64,000 bases of DNA from Candidatus Omnitrophota bacterium (GCA_020429915.1 JAGQKV010000002.1:405874-469873), one strand, 5' to 3'. Shown: positions 41,547 through 51,856, counted from the first letter of the stretch. A program made the numbers and translations. Notes: a model not told the origin generated them from the sequence alone.

Positions 41547-44309
41547 TTATTTGAACTGCAACGGGGGAGATTCCTCCGCCGGGTAGGGCTGGTATCCGGT
41601 GTAGGGCTCCGGATAGGGATAGCGCGGATAGTGCGTTCGATGGTCCAGACGCTTTGCCTGCTCCACCAGCCGGATAAACTCCGCCCGGAGGCCTTCCAGA
41701 TCGCTGCCGCGGGTACGGCTCGCCCGTTCCAGGACCTGATCATAACTGGCATGGCCTTTAAATCGGGAGTTACGCAGCAACAGACCGAATTCGGCTACGG
41801 CACTGGCAAAGGCCGCTTCAGGGTCCATGTAGTCGGTGACGTCACCGCGCTTGAATGTTTGGCGAATCAGACGGCTGTGATTGGATTTGACCGGTTTATA
41901 GCGCAGCTTGACCGTCATCAGCTCCTGATTCACAAACATACGCGGCTTCTGGTATTTCAAACGGTCAACACCCTGCTCGGCGTACGGAACCGGCTCCACA
42001 CCGTAGGCTGGGACAACTTCATACAAAGCGGTGACCGTATGGCCGGCCCCGATTTCTCCGGCGTCGACCCGGTCATTATTGAAATCACGATTGTTCATAA
42101 CCCTGTTTTCGTACCCAATCAACCGGTAGGCATGCACGTGCTGCGGATTGAACTCGACCTGGATCTTGACGTCCTTGGCGATCGTAAAGAGCGTGGATCC
42201 CAGTTCACTGACCAGGATCTTCCGCCCTTCTTCAAGAGAATCGATGTAATAGTAGTTCCCGTTGCCGTTGTCGGCGATCTTCTCCATTTTGGCGTCTTTG
42301 TAATTACCGGAGCCGAAACCGAGAATTGACAGGAACACCCCCTCCCTGCGTTTGCTTTCGATCAATTGGACCAACTCGTAATCATTCTTCATACCGACGT
42401 TAAAATCTCCGTCCGTGGCCAGAATGACGCGATTGTTGCCGTTGCGGATGTAGTTATCGCGGGCGATGCGATAAGCCAGATTCAGCCCCGCCTCACCGGC
42501 TGTCGAACCGCCCGCCTGCAGATTGTCAATCGCGGCATGAATCCGGTGTTTGTACGTGCCGGGTGTTGAATCCAGCACCAACCGGGCTGAGCCGGAGTAG
42601 GTTACAATGGCCACCTGTTGGTCCGGACGCAATTGGTCCACCATGAGTTTCAACGATTGCTTGAGCAGCGGCAATTTGTTCGACCGTTTCATCGAACCGG
42701 AAACGTCGATCAAAAACACCAGATTGCTCGGAGGAATCTTCCGCTGCGACGGCACGTTCCCTTTAAGACCGACCTGGACGAGCAGGTGTCGGGTATTCCA
42801 AGGACAAACGGATCCGCGCATAGTCACACTAAACGGTTCCCCGCGGGTCGGCTTGGGATAATTATAGTCAAAGTAGTTGACCATTTCCTCCACCCGGACG
42901 GCATCGGCCGGCGGCAGCTGCCCGCGATCCAGAAAACGGCGCACGTTGCTGTAGGACGCCGTATCGACGTCGATCGAGAAGGTTGATAGCGGCGCGCTGG
43001 ATGCGACCAGGAACGGATTTTCATAGATCGGATCGTACTCTTCGGTATTCTGCTCCGGCGGACGATGATAGTAAGTCGGCGGCGTGTAATCGGGTTCGGG
43101 GGGCGGTGCGGGATAAAAGAGTTCATCCGCATCATCGCCGTAACCCATATCATAGCCGCGACGAACCTGCTCTTCGGCTTCATAAATCGGCTCTTCCGCA
43201 TCGTAGGGATACGGTCGGCGCGCCCTGGATTTGGTGGGAAGGTTATATACCTCCTCCTTCATGATCATCCCTTGGGCCATTACGGCTTCCGACCCACCGA
43301 TGATTTGGCCGTTGTCGACCTCGATCCGCTTGAATCCGGCGAAGGCCCGGTCTTTGCGAGGTTCTTCCGTGATGCTTTTGGCGACGGCGCTCCGGTCTTT
43401 CGACTCCAGCATATCGCGATAAGCACCGGGGGCCGTTTGTGAACGACTGCCGGAGATCTGCGCCGGTATTTTGTTCCCATCGGCATCAGAGTAGTCCCCC
43501 AACCCACGTATCTTCTCGGCACCTGTATAAGTGGAGGCTTGAAATCCACCTATACTCCGCGCCGGGCTGGTCGATGTCTCATCAGCCTTTTTGTCATTCA
43601 TCACGATCGGTTGCCCCGTATAAGCTGAACTTTGGAAACCGCCATGCCCGACCGCCTTCTGTTTTTCCCGAACCGCCGGTGACGGCTGAGACTGCCGGGC
43701 ATCATCCAACCGGTCGGCTGCGTCGATTTCCTGGTAGGAAGCTGCCAGGTCATACTGATTATCAGCGAGGGGTGCTTGAGCCTGAGGCGTCGATTCCCCT
43801 TCAGGCTTACCCGCTTTTCGTTGGGAAAATTCTGACCGCCTCATTCCGGGAGCGTCTTCACCGGCTTTCTGCATGACATTCCGACGCTCCTCCTCCAAAT
43901 AGTAAGGTTCGTATGTCTTGGGACGGTAAATTTGTGATTTTGAGGCGTAGTCGTTACGTGCCTCCTGTGAAAACGTCCGCAAATAGACTATTCCTACGAT
44001 CATGCACAGCGCGAATGTCACCAGCGCGCCTCCGCCGACCTTCAACCAGGTGTCGCCTTTCATAGTGGGTCCCTCCTGGAGCTTCTCATCTAGAAGCGTC
44101 TTTTGAATCTCATTGGCCATATCGGCCGAGACTTCCTCATCCTTCCATTCCTGCAACGTTCCCGACAATTTTTGCAATTCCTTGTAATATTCCTGCCATT
44201 GAGTGTCGTTAAGGATAAGGTCTTCCACTTCATGCCGTTCCGTGTCCGAAACGGCTCCGTCAATATATGATGAGATAAGCTCTTTAATTTTTTCGTAATC
44301 TTTATTCAT
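41547..44309 (-). CDS. membrane anti-sigma factor fused to periplasmic low-complexity linker and vWA (YfbK-like) domain
   Basis: N-terminal anti-sigma region, single TM (WLKVGGGALVTFALCMIVGIVYL), vWA MIDAS-like FLIDVSGSM; 8-nt overlap with ECF sigma gene. Confidence 0.65.
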   Translation of the reverse strand: MNKDYEKIKELISSYIDGAVSDTERHEVEDLILNDTQWQEYYKELQKLSGTLQEWKDEEVSADMANEIQKTLLDEKLQEGPTMKGDTWLKVGGGALVTFALCMIVGIVYLRTFSQEARNDYASKSQIYRPKTYEPYYLEEERRNVMQKAGEDAPGMRRSEFSQRKAGKPEGESTPQAQAPLADNQYDLAASYQEIDAADRLDDARQSQPSPAVREKQKAVGHGGFQSSAYTGQPIVMNDKKADETSTSPARSIGGFQASTYTGAEKIRGLGDYSDADGNKIPAQISGSRSQTAPGAYRDMLESKDRSAVAKSITEEPRKDRAFAGFKRIEVDNGQIIGGSEAVMAQGMIMKEEVYNLPTKSRARRPYPYDAEEPIYEAEEQVRRGYDMGYGDDADELFYPAPPPEPDYTPPTYYHRPPEQNTEEYDPIYENPFLVASSAPLSTFSIDVDTASYSNVRRFLDRGQLPPADAVRVEEMVNYFDYNYPKPTRGEPFSVTMRGSVCPWNTRHLLVQVGLKGNVPSQRKIPPSNLVFLIDVSGSMKRSNKLPLLKQSLKLMVDQLRPDQQVAIVTYSGSARLVLDSTPGTYKHRIHAAIDNLQAGGSTAGEAGLNLAYRIARDNYIRNGNNRVILATDGDFNVGMKNDYELVQLIESKRREGVFLSILGFGSGNYKDAKMEKIADNGNGNYYYIDSLEEGRKILVSELGSTLFTIAKDVKIQVEFNPQHVHAYRLIGYENRVMNNRDFNNDRVDAGEIGAGHTVTALYEVVPAYGVEPVPYAEQGVDRLKYQKPRMFVNQELMTVKLRYKPVKSNHSRLIRQTFKRGDVTDYMDPEAAFASAVAEFGLLLRNSRFKGHASYDQVLERASRTRGSDLEGLRAEFIRLVEQAKRLDHRTHYPRYPYPEPYTGYQPYPAEESPPLQFK

Positions 44310-44883
44310 GATGCCCCTCCTGAATATAAGAAGCCAGCTCGGTGCGGAGCCGTTCTCGCCCGCGGAAGATCAACTGCTTCACATTGGCCAGGGAACAATT
44401 CAGGATCTTGGCTATTTCGTCGTATGAAAACCGATGATACTCCCGCAGGACGATCGCCTCTCTTTGCTGGTACGGCAACCGCAGGATGGCCTCCTGAACG
44501 TGCCGGGCCCGTTCCTTTTTCTGCAGCAGCTCGGCCGAGGAGTCGGCGTGGTCCGGGACATCCCATTGTTCATCCACCGATTTGTCCCTATTGGTGAAGG
44601 TCAGCGAAAAAAGCCGTTTGGATTTGCGCAATTTGTCGATACAGCGGTTGCGCGCGATGGTGAAGAGCCAAGTCGAAAACTTCGCGTTCGTCTGATAACG
44701 GTAGCTGCTCCCGATGAGGGAGACAAATACATCGTGGGTGGCATCCTCGGCGTCGGCCCGGTTGCCCAGCATCCGCAGACAAAAGTTGAGTATCCGATTC
44801 TTGTAGCGATGGAATATCATGGTGATGGCCTCGCGATTTCCCTGCTGGAAATCGTGCATGATGTCTTCGTCCGTCTGATCCAT
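44302..44883 (-). CDS. ECF-type RNA polymerase sigma-70 factor
   Basis: 193 aa sigma70 region 2/4. Confidence 0.85.
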   Translation of the reverse strand: MDQTDEDIMHDFQQGNREAITMIFHRYKNRILNFCLRMLGNRADAEDATHDVFVSLIGSSYRYQTNAKFSTWLFTIARNRCIDKLRKSKRLFSLTFTNRDKSVDEQWDVPDHADSSAELLQKKERARHVQEAILRLPYQQREAIVLREYHRFSYDEIAKILNCSLANVKQLIFRGRERLRTELASYIQEGHHE

Positions 44884-44967
44884 TTTGCCGTAATTCGCTC
44901 TCTGTTAACTAGTTACGAGGTCTTCCGCCGGCGGGCGCCCGTCCGGTGCGGCTGACCTTTCCCTCTT

Positions 44968-44994
44968 GTAACGGCGGGAATGCGGAAAAGTTAC
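44968..44994 (-). promoter_or_regulatory. putative ECF-type autoregulatory promoter (GTAAC-N16-CGTT on minus strand)
   Basis: minus-strand GTAACTTTTCCGCATTCCCGCCGTTAC ~75 nt upstream of sigma ATG. Confidence 0.25.
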
Positions 44995-45013
44995 ATCTTC
45001 TTACAACAACCGT

Positions 45014-45430
45014 TTACCGGTATTTGTCGTATTTGAGGCCGATATGATGCAGGAACGGCTTGAAACGATGGTGCTGGTCTTCAAAGCCGTGGAACTCACA
45101 ACCGCAACGGTAGCAGTTGAGAATATGCGGTACCTTGCGGTACAACGCCAAATCTATCAGAAAAACCGCAGGCAGGCTCAACCCGTAGGTCCACGGGACA
45201 AAGATTATACCCACAGCCATGATCAGACAGCCGAGAAATTGGTTAAAATTTTTAGACAGGTAGAATTGCCGGCAGGGACAACGCGGACAACGGTCGAACA
45301 CGTCATCGGGGTTGGAGACGGCACCCAGTTGATGCCCGCAATTCGGACACATCAAATCCGTCTGCCCTGTCCAGGGGACCTGAACATACTGCTTGCATTC
45401 GGGACAGTGACAGGCAACAATCCGGTTCAC
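45014..45430 (-). CDS. Cys-rich zinc-ribbon membrane protein
   Basis: CHCPEC...CPNC, CPRCPC, CYRCGC pairs plus central TM helix; last gene of bc operon. Confidence 0.45.
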   Translation of the reverse strand: MNRIVACHCPECKQYVQVPWTGQTDLMCPNCGHQLGAVSNPDDVFDRCPRCPCRQFYLSKNFNQFLGCLIMAVGIIFVPWTYGLSLPAVFLIDLALYRKVPHILNCYRCGCEFHGFEDQHHRFKPFLHHIGLKYDKYR

Positions 45431-46200
45431 AAAGTTATCCCGAATTTGATGAGGAAATATTTGTAGGCGATATCACCCACTAAAACGCCGCACAGGATAA
45501 CGTATAAAATGCCTGTTGCGGCCTGGGTGTTCTTGAGCTTGATAATTTCATGGACCATAAACATCGCCCCGAACGGTAACAGCACCCCGAAGAAAATCGG
45601 TACCATCAGCAAAAAACCGTCCAGGCGCCCCATGAACTCGTAAAGCCTGATATTCTGGCCTTGATAAAGTATCTGCCCGGTAACAGCATGCACGAGGTTC
45701 CATAGTAACCGAGCGGTAATCAAAATCCAGAAGGCATTGGCGGCATGGCGCAGATGCTTGATGGGCAGGCCATGAACGTTTAAATACCAGTGTCCCAAAT
45801 TCATCGCATACAATGATGCCGAGAAGATCAGCCCGCTTAACGTCATCGTCAACATGCCTGGCAGCCCCCCCGCTACCAGACCGCTTTGAACCTGATAGGT
45901 AAGACCCAACCCACACACGCATAAAAATGTCGTAGCTCCGATCGGAGCAGACTCACGGCGCCAGGCATACGCCGTCAATACCAGTGCGGCGATCATCCAC
46001 AGCACCGCCCCAATATTCACCCAGCTAGGCGTCTCGGCGCGAACAACAAAAAAAAGGGCCAATATACCGACGATAACAGGCAGCCCCAGATGGAAATGAT
46101 GAAAATTATTCTTTAGTGGATCATGACGACTGATCCAAAAGCACAACGGATAGGTGAAAGCAAAATAAAGAGTGGTGAGTAGAGTGATGGTATACAGCAT
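45427..46200 (-). CDS. hypothetical polytopic membrane protein (~7 TM)
   Basis: 257 aa hydrophobic; 4-nt overlap downstream gene. Confidence 0.45.
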   Translation of the reverse strand: MLYTITLLTTLYFAFTYPLCFWISRHDPLKNNFHHFHLGLPVIVGILALFFVVRAETPSWVNIGAVLWMIAALVLTAYAWRRESAPIGATTFLCVCGLGLTYQVQSGLVAGGLPGMLTMTLSGLIFSASLYAMNLGHWYLNVHGLPIKHLRHAANAFWILITARLLWNLVHAVTGQILYQGQNIRLYEFMGRLDGFLLMVPIFFGVLLPFGAMFMVHEIIKLKNTQAATGILYVILCGVLVGDIAYKYFLIKFGITL

Positions 46201-46237
46201 CGGACGACCTGACTATCAGGGCAAACGCGGCCTGCGC

Positions 46238-49174
46238 TTACGGTGTTTCGGGCACAGGCGCGGCGACGTCCCGCTGTTGTTCTTCGGAAAGAGTTAACAG
46301 GAAATTACGCAGGACGCGGATCTGTTCGTTTTCGTTGCCGTCCAACAGATCATCGGGTCCGGACGTGTCGTAGTTCTCCGGATCGAAGAAGGTCGGCATC
46401 TTGGTCCCGGGCATCAGCTTCGAAGGATTCTTGATCCACTCGATAAGCCACTCCGGCTGCAGGCGCGTCTTGGCCAAGGCCAAGTTGGGTGCCCAGGAGT
46501 CCTGTGAGCCGGTCGGCAGTTTGCTGCCCACCACGTGACACTGAGTACAACCGAAATAGTCCTCGGAGAACAATTTGGCGGCGGCTTCATATTCTTTATC
46601 GGTCAAGCCGGTCTCGACATTTATCTTGAGCGGAAAATTGTCGCCGTCTACGGCCTGGAAATATTTCACTAACGTATTCAGGTGCACGACATTGAAATTG
46701 AAAGTCGGCATGCGCACACGTAACCACGGGCGGACCTTTTGCTTGGGTTCATGCAGAAAATTGAACAGCCATTCCGGATTGAGCTTGCGGCCCACTCCGT
46801 GGAGATTGGGCGGCGAAAAGCTGTCGCGCACTTTGGCGGCTTCGTTATCCGTTTTTTCCTCGAAATCCACCAACCATTTTTCCACGCTGTCATGTATGCT
46901 GCCGCCCTGTCCTTCGACCATATGGCAACCACGACAGTTAAACTGGGCCACCAGCTCCTCTCCCTGCTCCTTAGCCAAATTTTCCGGTGTCCGCGGCTTG
47001 ATCTTGGCTTGCACCTGACTCTCGTCGACGAATCCCAACAAGGCGGTCACAATGGCTTCAATTTCATCATTCTTAAGATTGAAGTTGGGCATCCGCAACT
47101 TTTCATCCGGAGCCTTAATCTTACCTTTGTCAAAACTGCGCGGATCCTTCAACTTTTGAGCATACCAAGCATGTTTGCTATGTTCGATATGCAAGAATCC
47201 GAAATCAAATTTGTGCAGGGACTTACTGGACTCCTCACTGAGCGCCACGCCGATCGGTTTGGCATTGTCAAAGCCTTTAATATTGTGACAGCTGAAACAG
47301 CCGTATTGCGCGATCAGCTTTTCCCCGGCAAACTCCAGTTTCTGCTCAAGCTTCATACCGGCCAGCGTGTTGCGCGCGCCCTGGTCGGTGTCGGCCCGTT
47401 TGAGAAAACCGAGTACAATATCGTTGAGCACATTGACGTTAACGGCCGGGACCGGATGCTGACTGAACGCGTTGTTCTTGTCCTGAATGAGAAAACTGGC
47501 AATGTCCGCAGCCTCCTGATCGGTCAACCGTAAATTAGGCATCGCGGTATCGGGATGATAGCTGTTAGGATCCTTCAACCAATTGTACAACCAGCGGGCG
47601 GACGTCTTCGTACCGATATCGATTAAATTCGGGCCAAAGCGCCGGCGCAAGCCGTCGACGGTGACCATCTCGTCGCCCTTCTCCGGTTGGATCTGGTGAC
47701 AGGCATAGCAGCCGACTGAGGCGACAAGCTCCTCGCCGCGTGCCGGATCGCCCTTGATCGGCAACCGGTCGCTAGGATAGGGTTGAGCGTTCTCAAACAG
47801 GTAATGCAAGATGGCGTGAATTTCCTGATCACTGCGTTTCTTGGACACCACATCGCTGTTGTTGGACTGATTAAAATACGACGGCATCATTGTATTGTGC
47901 CGGAAAGAGTGCGGATCATTCAACCAGCGCCAGCCCCACTCCTTATCGATTTTACCGGCCAATTTGGTCAGGTTCGGCCCCGGCTTCGGCCAGTCTTTGT
48001 AACGTTCGATCTCGTGACAAGCATAACAGCCCGCCGTCTCGATCATGGCCAGCCCCGTACTCAACTTTTCCGCGCCCTTGACCGGAAACTCTCCGGAGTG
48101 ACATTTGTAACAACCGGCCTCTGTGTAAGGTAGCGGCAGCATCGGCTCCTCCCACAGTTCCATCTGATGATAGCCGTATTTTTCCTCCCACTCCTTCTTT
48201 TGTTGCGGCGATGACGGCACGTGCACCGCGCCGTTAAAGCTCGTCCCGCGCGGACGGCCGGCGTGACAAACGGTACACCCGAATTCCTCCAGCGGGTGAG
48301 GTGAATTCTTCCCCACGTAAAGTTCTAGATTCGGGTGCGTCGTAAACGGTTGGGCTTCGTTTACGTAGTCAGGATTGGTAATACCCAGGTGGCAGGTGGT
48401 GCAGCGGTCGACCCGCGGCACATTCATAAAATTGACGTCCTCGGTGACATCCTTGAGTACGATTTGTTCGACTTTGTTGCGTGGATTGGCCAACTCCAGG
48501 ATCGGCAAGTCGCGGACCATATTGGCGACCTGGTTGGTCAGATTCATGGCATTCGGATCGATGCTGTCCAATTGACGGACGAGGATGCTCTGACGGGCGG
48601 TCATCTGCCGCTCATCGCGCTCCAGTTGAGCGAGTTGGGCGCCGCAGTTGTCCATCATCCGCTGTTTGCTTTTCAGGGCGGTCTTGGCCTCCTCGACGTC
48701 GAGCGCCAATTTGGTTACCTGTTGATCCAAGGATTGAAACGCTTCCCTGTATTGATCAACATCGTGTTCATGATAAGCCTCGCCGTGTTCAAACCGGTAT
48801 TTGGCCGCATCAAATTCCGCCTTGCGGAATTTGTAATCTTGTTCCACCAGCGTCAACTTGGCGTTCGCCTCTTCGATCTGCTCCTGCAGCTCCGTTTGCG
48901 CCAGGCACTTGTCTTTATAAGCCTGCTTGGCCGCTGCTATTTTGCCCTCAAGTTCTTCATACTCTGCCTGCTGGGACAGCTCGATATTCTCCTTGTCGAG
49001 TTTGACGCGGGCTTTTTCTATTTCAATCGTGCGGAATTGACGCTGGTAATCCTTCCAGTCGCGGTCATAATCGTTCATAAACACGCTCATCAGTGTCAGC
49101 AACAGCACAACGCTAACCACGGCGAAGACGACGTTTAGTTTGTTAATATTATAATGGCGTTCGTCTTTTCCCAA
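46238..49174 (-). CDS. octaheme c-type cytochrome with N-terminal TM anchor and ~230-aa coiled coil
   Basis: Eight CxxCH (CTTCH, CTVCH, CYKCH, CYACH x2, CFSCH, CRGCH, CTQCH); repeated Met-Pro ligand motifs (TMMPSYF, TAMPNL, RMPNFN, RMPTFNF, TKMPTFF). Confidence 0.85.
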   Translation of the reverse strand: MGKDERHYNINKLNVVFAVVSVVLLLTLMSVFMNDYDRDWKDYQRQFRTIEIEKARVKLDKENIELSQQAEYEELEGKIAAAKQAYKDKCLAQTELQEQIEEANAKLTLVEQDYKFRKAEFDAAKYRFEHGEAYHEHDVDQYREAFQSLDQQVTKLALDVEEAKTALKSKQRMMDNCGAQLAQLERDERQMTARQSILVRQLDSIDPNAMNLTNQVANMVRDLPILELANPRNKVEQIVLKDVTEDVNFMNVPRVDRCTTCHLGITNPDYVNEAQPFTTHPNLELYVGKNSPHPLEEFGCTVCHAGRPRGTSFNGAVHVPSSPQQKKEWEEKYGYHQMELWEEPMLPLPYTEAGCYKCHSGEFPVKGAEKLSTGLAMIETAGCYACHEIERYKDWPKPGPNLTKLAGKIDKEWGWRWLNDPHSFRHNTMMPSYFNQSNNSDVVSKKRSDQEIHAILHYLFENAQPYPSDRLPIKGDPARGEELVASVGCYACHQIQPEKGDEMVTVDGLRRRFGPNLIDIGTKTSARWLYNWLKDPNSYHPDTAMPNLRLTDQEAADIASFLIQDKNNAFSQHPVPAVNVNVLNDIVLGFLKRADTDQGARNTLAGMKLEQKLEFAGEKLIAQYGCFSCHNIKGFDNAKPIGVALSEESSKSLHKFDFGFLHIEHSKHAWYAQKLKDPRSFDKGKIKAPDEKLRMPNFNLKNDEIEAIVTALLGFVDESQVQAKIKPRTPENLAKEQGEELVAQFNCRGCHMVEGQGGSIHDSVEKWLVDFEEKTDNEAAKVRDSFSPPNLHGVGRKLNPEWLFNFLHEPKQKVRPWLRVRMPTFNFNVVHLNTLVKYFQAVDGDNFPLKINVETGLTDKEYEAAAKLFSEDYFGCTQCHVVGSKLPTGSQDSWAPNLALAKTRLQPEWLIEWIKNPSKLMPGTKMPTFFDPENYDTSGPDDLLDGNENEQIRVLRNFLLTLSEEQQRDVAAPVPETP

Positions 49175-49188
49175 TGTTTCACCGATTC

Positions 49189-50307
49189 CTAGATATTGAA
49201 GAAAAATTCCGGTATGGCTATGATGTACTTAACGTTGAAAGCCCAGCGCAGCAGCATTTTTATGGGCAGGCTGAGCGTCAGCAGCAGCAAAATGACAAAA
49301 ACGCTGTAGCGTAACGGTCCCAGGTTTTTGAAGACATTTTTGAGGAAGGTCTTGGCAAACAGCAGAGGCATCAGTCCGAAATAAATACCGAGGACCAAGA
49401 ATCCCCACATCTCCCGCAACAGAATATTGGTGGGCAGCTCCCGTTTCATCCAAATCATATACACGTACTCCGACAGATTGATATTCGTCAAGGCCGCCAG
49501 TTTATGCGAGTCCCAGTATTCAAACGGACCGAAGAAATTCCAGTTGGGTCCGCGCAGGAAAGTCCCTACAGATATAAGGAAGATCCATAGGACCAGCCAC
49601 AAAAACATGAACATGGAGACGGCCATTTGCCGGTCCTTGAAAGTGTAGTAGCCGGAACCTTTGGTGTTATTGTCGATAAACGGAATAGACATCAAGCCCA
49701 ACAGGATGACCGTTGGAAACACCACCCCGGCAAGCCAGGGGTCGAAGTAAACCAACATCTCCTGTAATCCGAGAAAATACCACGGAGCCTTGGAGGGATT
49801 AGGCGACACGGACGGATTGGCCGGCTCCTCGATCGGAGCATGTAGGGACATCGCCCATACCAACAGTAGCACCGAGCACAGAATGAGCGCGATCAGTTCG
49901 ATGTAGACCAGATCCGGCCACACCAGAATCTTTTCCTTGGCATCTTCCGCTTCATTTGGCCTCTTCCCGGCTGCGATCCGGGCGTCGTTCTCGTAGGCCT
50001 GTTTCATGGCAAACCACAGGAAGAAGACCACTAAAAACAGCAGACCCACGATCGGCACATTATCCGGTTTCGTGACAATTTTGCGGAAGTTGGCATCGGT
50101 CATCCCGAAACAGAAAAACGAGAACAACGTCCCGATCATCAAGGCTCCGCCGGCGTTGGTCCACAGTTTGTAGATCCCCAAACGCTCGTTAATCCGAAGA
50201 AAAAACTTGTTGATCGGAAAGACGAAGACGTAAACGACCGCCAACAAAGGAAAGAGAATTTGCGGATTGGTAAACTTGTTGATGAAAGCTTTTATCGCTT
50301 CGATCAT
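49189..50307 (-). CDS. cytochrome b C-terminal half / subunit IV-like protein (extended)
   Basis: APWYFLG (PEWY-like Qo motif), 8-9 TM, no CxxCH. Confidence 0.7.
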   Translation of the reverse strand: MIEAIKAFINKFTNPQILFPLLAVVYVFVFPINKFFLRINERLGIYKLWTNAGGALMIGTLFSFFCFGMTDANFRKIVTKPDNVPIVGLLFLVVFFLWFAMKQAYENDARIAAGKRPNEAEDAKEKILVWPDLVYIELIALILCSVLLLVWAMSLHAPIEEPANPSVSPNPSKAPWYFLGLQEMLVYFDPWLAGVVFPTVILLGLMSIPFIDNNTKGSGYYTFKDRQMAVSMFMFLWLVLWIFLISVGTFLRGPNWNFFGPFEYWDSHKLAALTNINLSEYVYMIWMKRELPTNILLREMWGFLVLGIYFGLMPLLFAKTFLKNVFKNLGPLRYSVFVILLLLTLSLPIKMLLRWAFNVKYIIAIPEFFFNI

Positions 50308-50349
50308 TCTGACTCGATTCTGTACAGATTAGTGCTGTCCGAGACCGGC

Positions 50350-51144
50350 TTAAGTCGGTCCGGATATCCCCCCGTCCTTGCGGACCCTCCAAAAGTGCAC
50401 GATCATGAAAATCATCATGACAAACGGCAGGCCGATGCAGTGCAGGACATAAAAGCGCAATAAGGCGGCCTCGCCGACGAATCGTCCGCCGAGCATGGCA
50501 AACTTGGCGTCACTTGTTGATGTCACGAAATTGACATCCCCGATGGCCAACAGTGATGACCCCGGCCCGCCGGTCCCCACGAACGGCGTCGCCCCGGCCA
50601 TATTGGACCCGACGGTGATCGCCCAGATGGCCAGCTGGTCCCACGGCAGCAAGTATCCCGTGAAACTCATCAGCATGGTCAGGACCAGCAGAATAACCCC
50701 CACCGCCCAATTGAATTCACGCGGCGGCTTGTAGGATCCGGTCATGAAGACCCGAAACATGTGCAGCCACACGGTGATAACCATCAAGTGAGCGCCCCAG
50801 CGGTGGATCTCCCTCATGATCCCCAACGGGACTTGCTCGCGAAGATCGATGATGTCACCGTAGGCGTACTCCACCGTAGGTCTGTAGTAAAACATCAGCA
50901 GAATTCCGGTGATCGTCAGGACCAGAAAAACAAAAAAAGACAGCCCGCCCATGCACCAGGTGTACTTGACTTTGACCGCATGCTTGGGGAGCCTTACCGG
51001 ATGAAGGTGCAAAAAGACGCCGTTAAGGACGACCATCATCCGTTGGCGGGGGGTCGTCGGGATACCGGTCCGGAAAATAGCCCGCCAGACCTGCGTGTTA
51101 ACGACGAAACTCTGAAACTTTTTCCATGCGTTATTTTCGGACAT
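50350..51144 (-). CDS. cytochrome b (b6-type N-terminal half)
   Basis: 264 aa; 4 TM with conserved His pairs ([12 protein letters not shown]...H). Confidence 0.85.
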   Translation of the reverse strand: MSENNAWKKFQSFVVNTQVWRAIFRTGIPTTPRQRMMVVLNGVFLHLHPVRLPKHAVKVKYTWCMGGLSFFVFLVLTITGILLMFYYRPTVEYAYGDIIDLREQVPLGIMREIHRWGAHLMVITVWLHMFRVFMTGSYKPPREFNWAVGVILLVLTMLMSFTGYLLPWDQLAIWAITVGSNMAGATPFVGTGGPGSSLLAIGDVNFVTSTSDAKFAMLGGRFVGEAALLRFYVLHCIGLPFVMMIFMIVHFWRVRKDGGISGPT

Positions 51145-51162
51145 AAAACTACCTAGACAAAT

Positions 51163-51852
51163 TTAGACGAGGATGAACGACTCGGGATCGGTCCATTCCC
51201 CTTTTTCCTGTTGAAATTTTTTGGTTTTGTCGACAATAATTTCCCCGTCCGGAGCCTGGGTGATCTTGAACCGCTCCAAGGGTCGCGGCGCGGGCCCCTC
51301 GAAATTGATGCCATTCTTGTAGAAGCCGCTACCGTGACAGGGACACTTGTACTTGCCTTCGCTCTCCAACCAGTTGGGAGTACAACCCAGATGGGTGCAT
51401 ACCGTGGATAGGGCGTATATTTTCTCGGCGTCTCTTACAATCCACACGGCCTGGGTTTCTTTGAAATTCTCGTTCACTTCGCCGACGGTATAATCGTCCG
51501 GATAGCCGGCACGGAAGGATTGTTTCGGTTCGAAGAGGACGTTCGGAAAGAGGTAGCGCAGCAAAAGCGTCCCGTAACCGCCGATCACCGCGGCAAAGGC
51601 GGTCCATCCCAAGGCAGCCCACTTGATAAAAGTGCGCCGGTCGACGTTTTCCCCCTCCGGTGCACGGACGATGGGCGTGGCGACTGCAGACTTTTTCTGC
51701 AGCTCCTGCGGTGTCACTCCGATCTGCTTGTTTTGCGAATTGGACGCCTGATCAGCGCCGCCCGCGGCATCTTGCGTTGGGGCTGTCGGGCGCGGAGGGA
51801 TCTTGGACGTTTTTTGAGATTTATTCTTCTGCGGTTTATTCTTGTCTGACAT
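51163..51852 (-). CDS. Rieske [2Fe-2S] protein with long N-terminal extension
   Basis: CTHLGC...CPCHGS Rieske boxes; Tat-like RRTFIKWAAL ~70 aa from first ATG; possible GTG start at 51717. Confidence 0.85.
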   Translation of the reverse strand: MSDKNKPQKNKSQKTSKIPPRPTAPTQDAAGGADQASNSQNKQIGVTPQELQKKSAVATPIVRAPEGENVDRRTFIKWAALGWTAFAAVIGGYGTLLLRYLFPNVLFEPKQSFRAGYPDDYTVGEVNENFKETQAVWIVRDAEKIYALSTVCTHLGCTPNWLESEGKYKCPCHGSGFYKNGINFEGPAPRPLERFKITQAPDGEIIVDKTKKFQQEKGEWTDPESFILV

Positions 51853-51856
51853 GTGA

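Noticed and set aside
44884-45013. GGGCGCCC-type short palindrome downstream of zinc-ribbon gene
   Set aside because: Too short, loopless and lacking U-tract to call a terminator.
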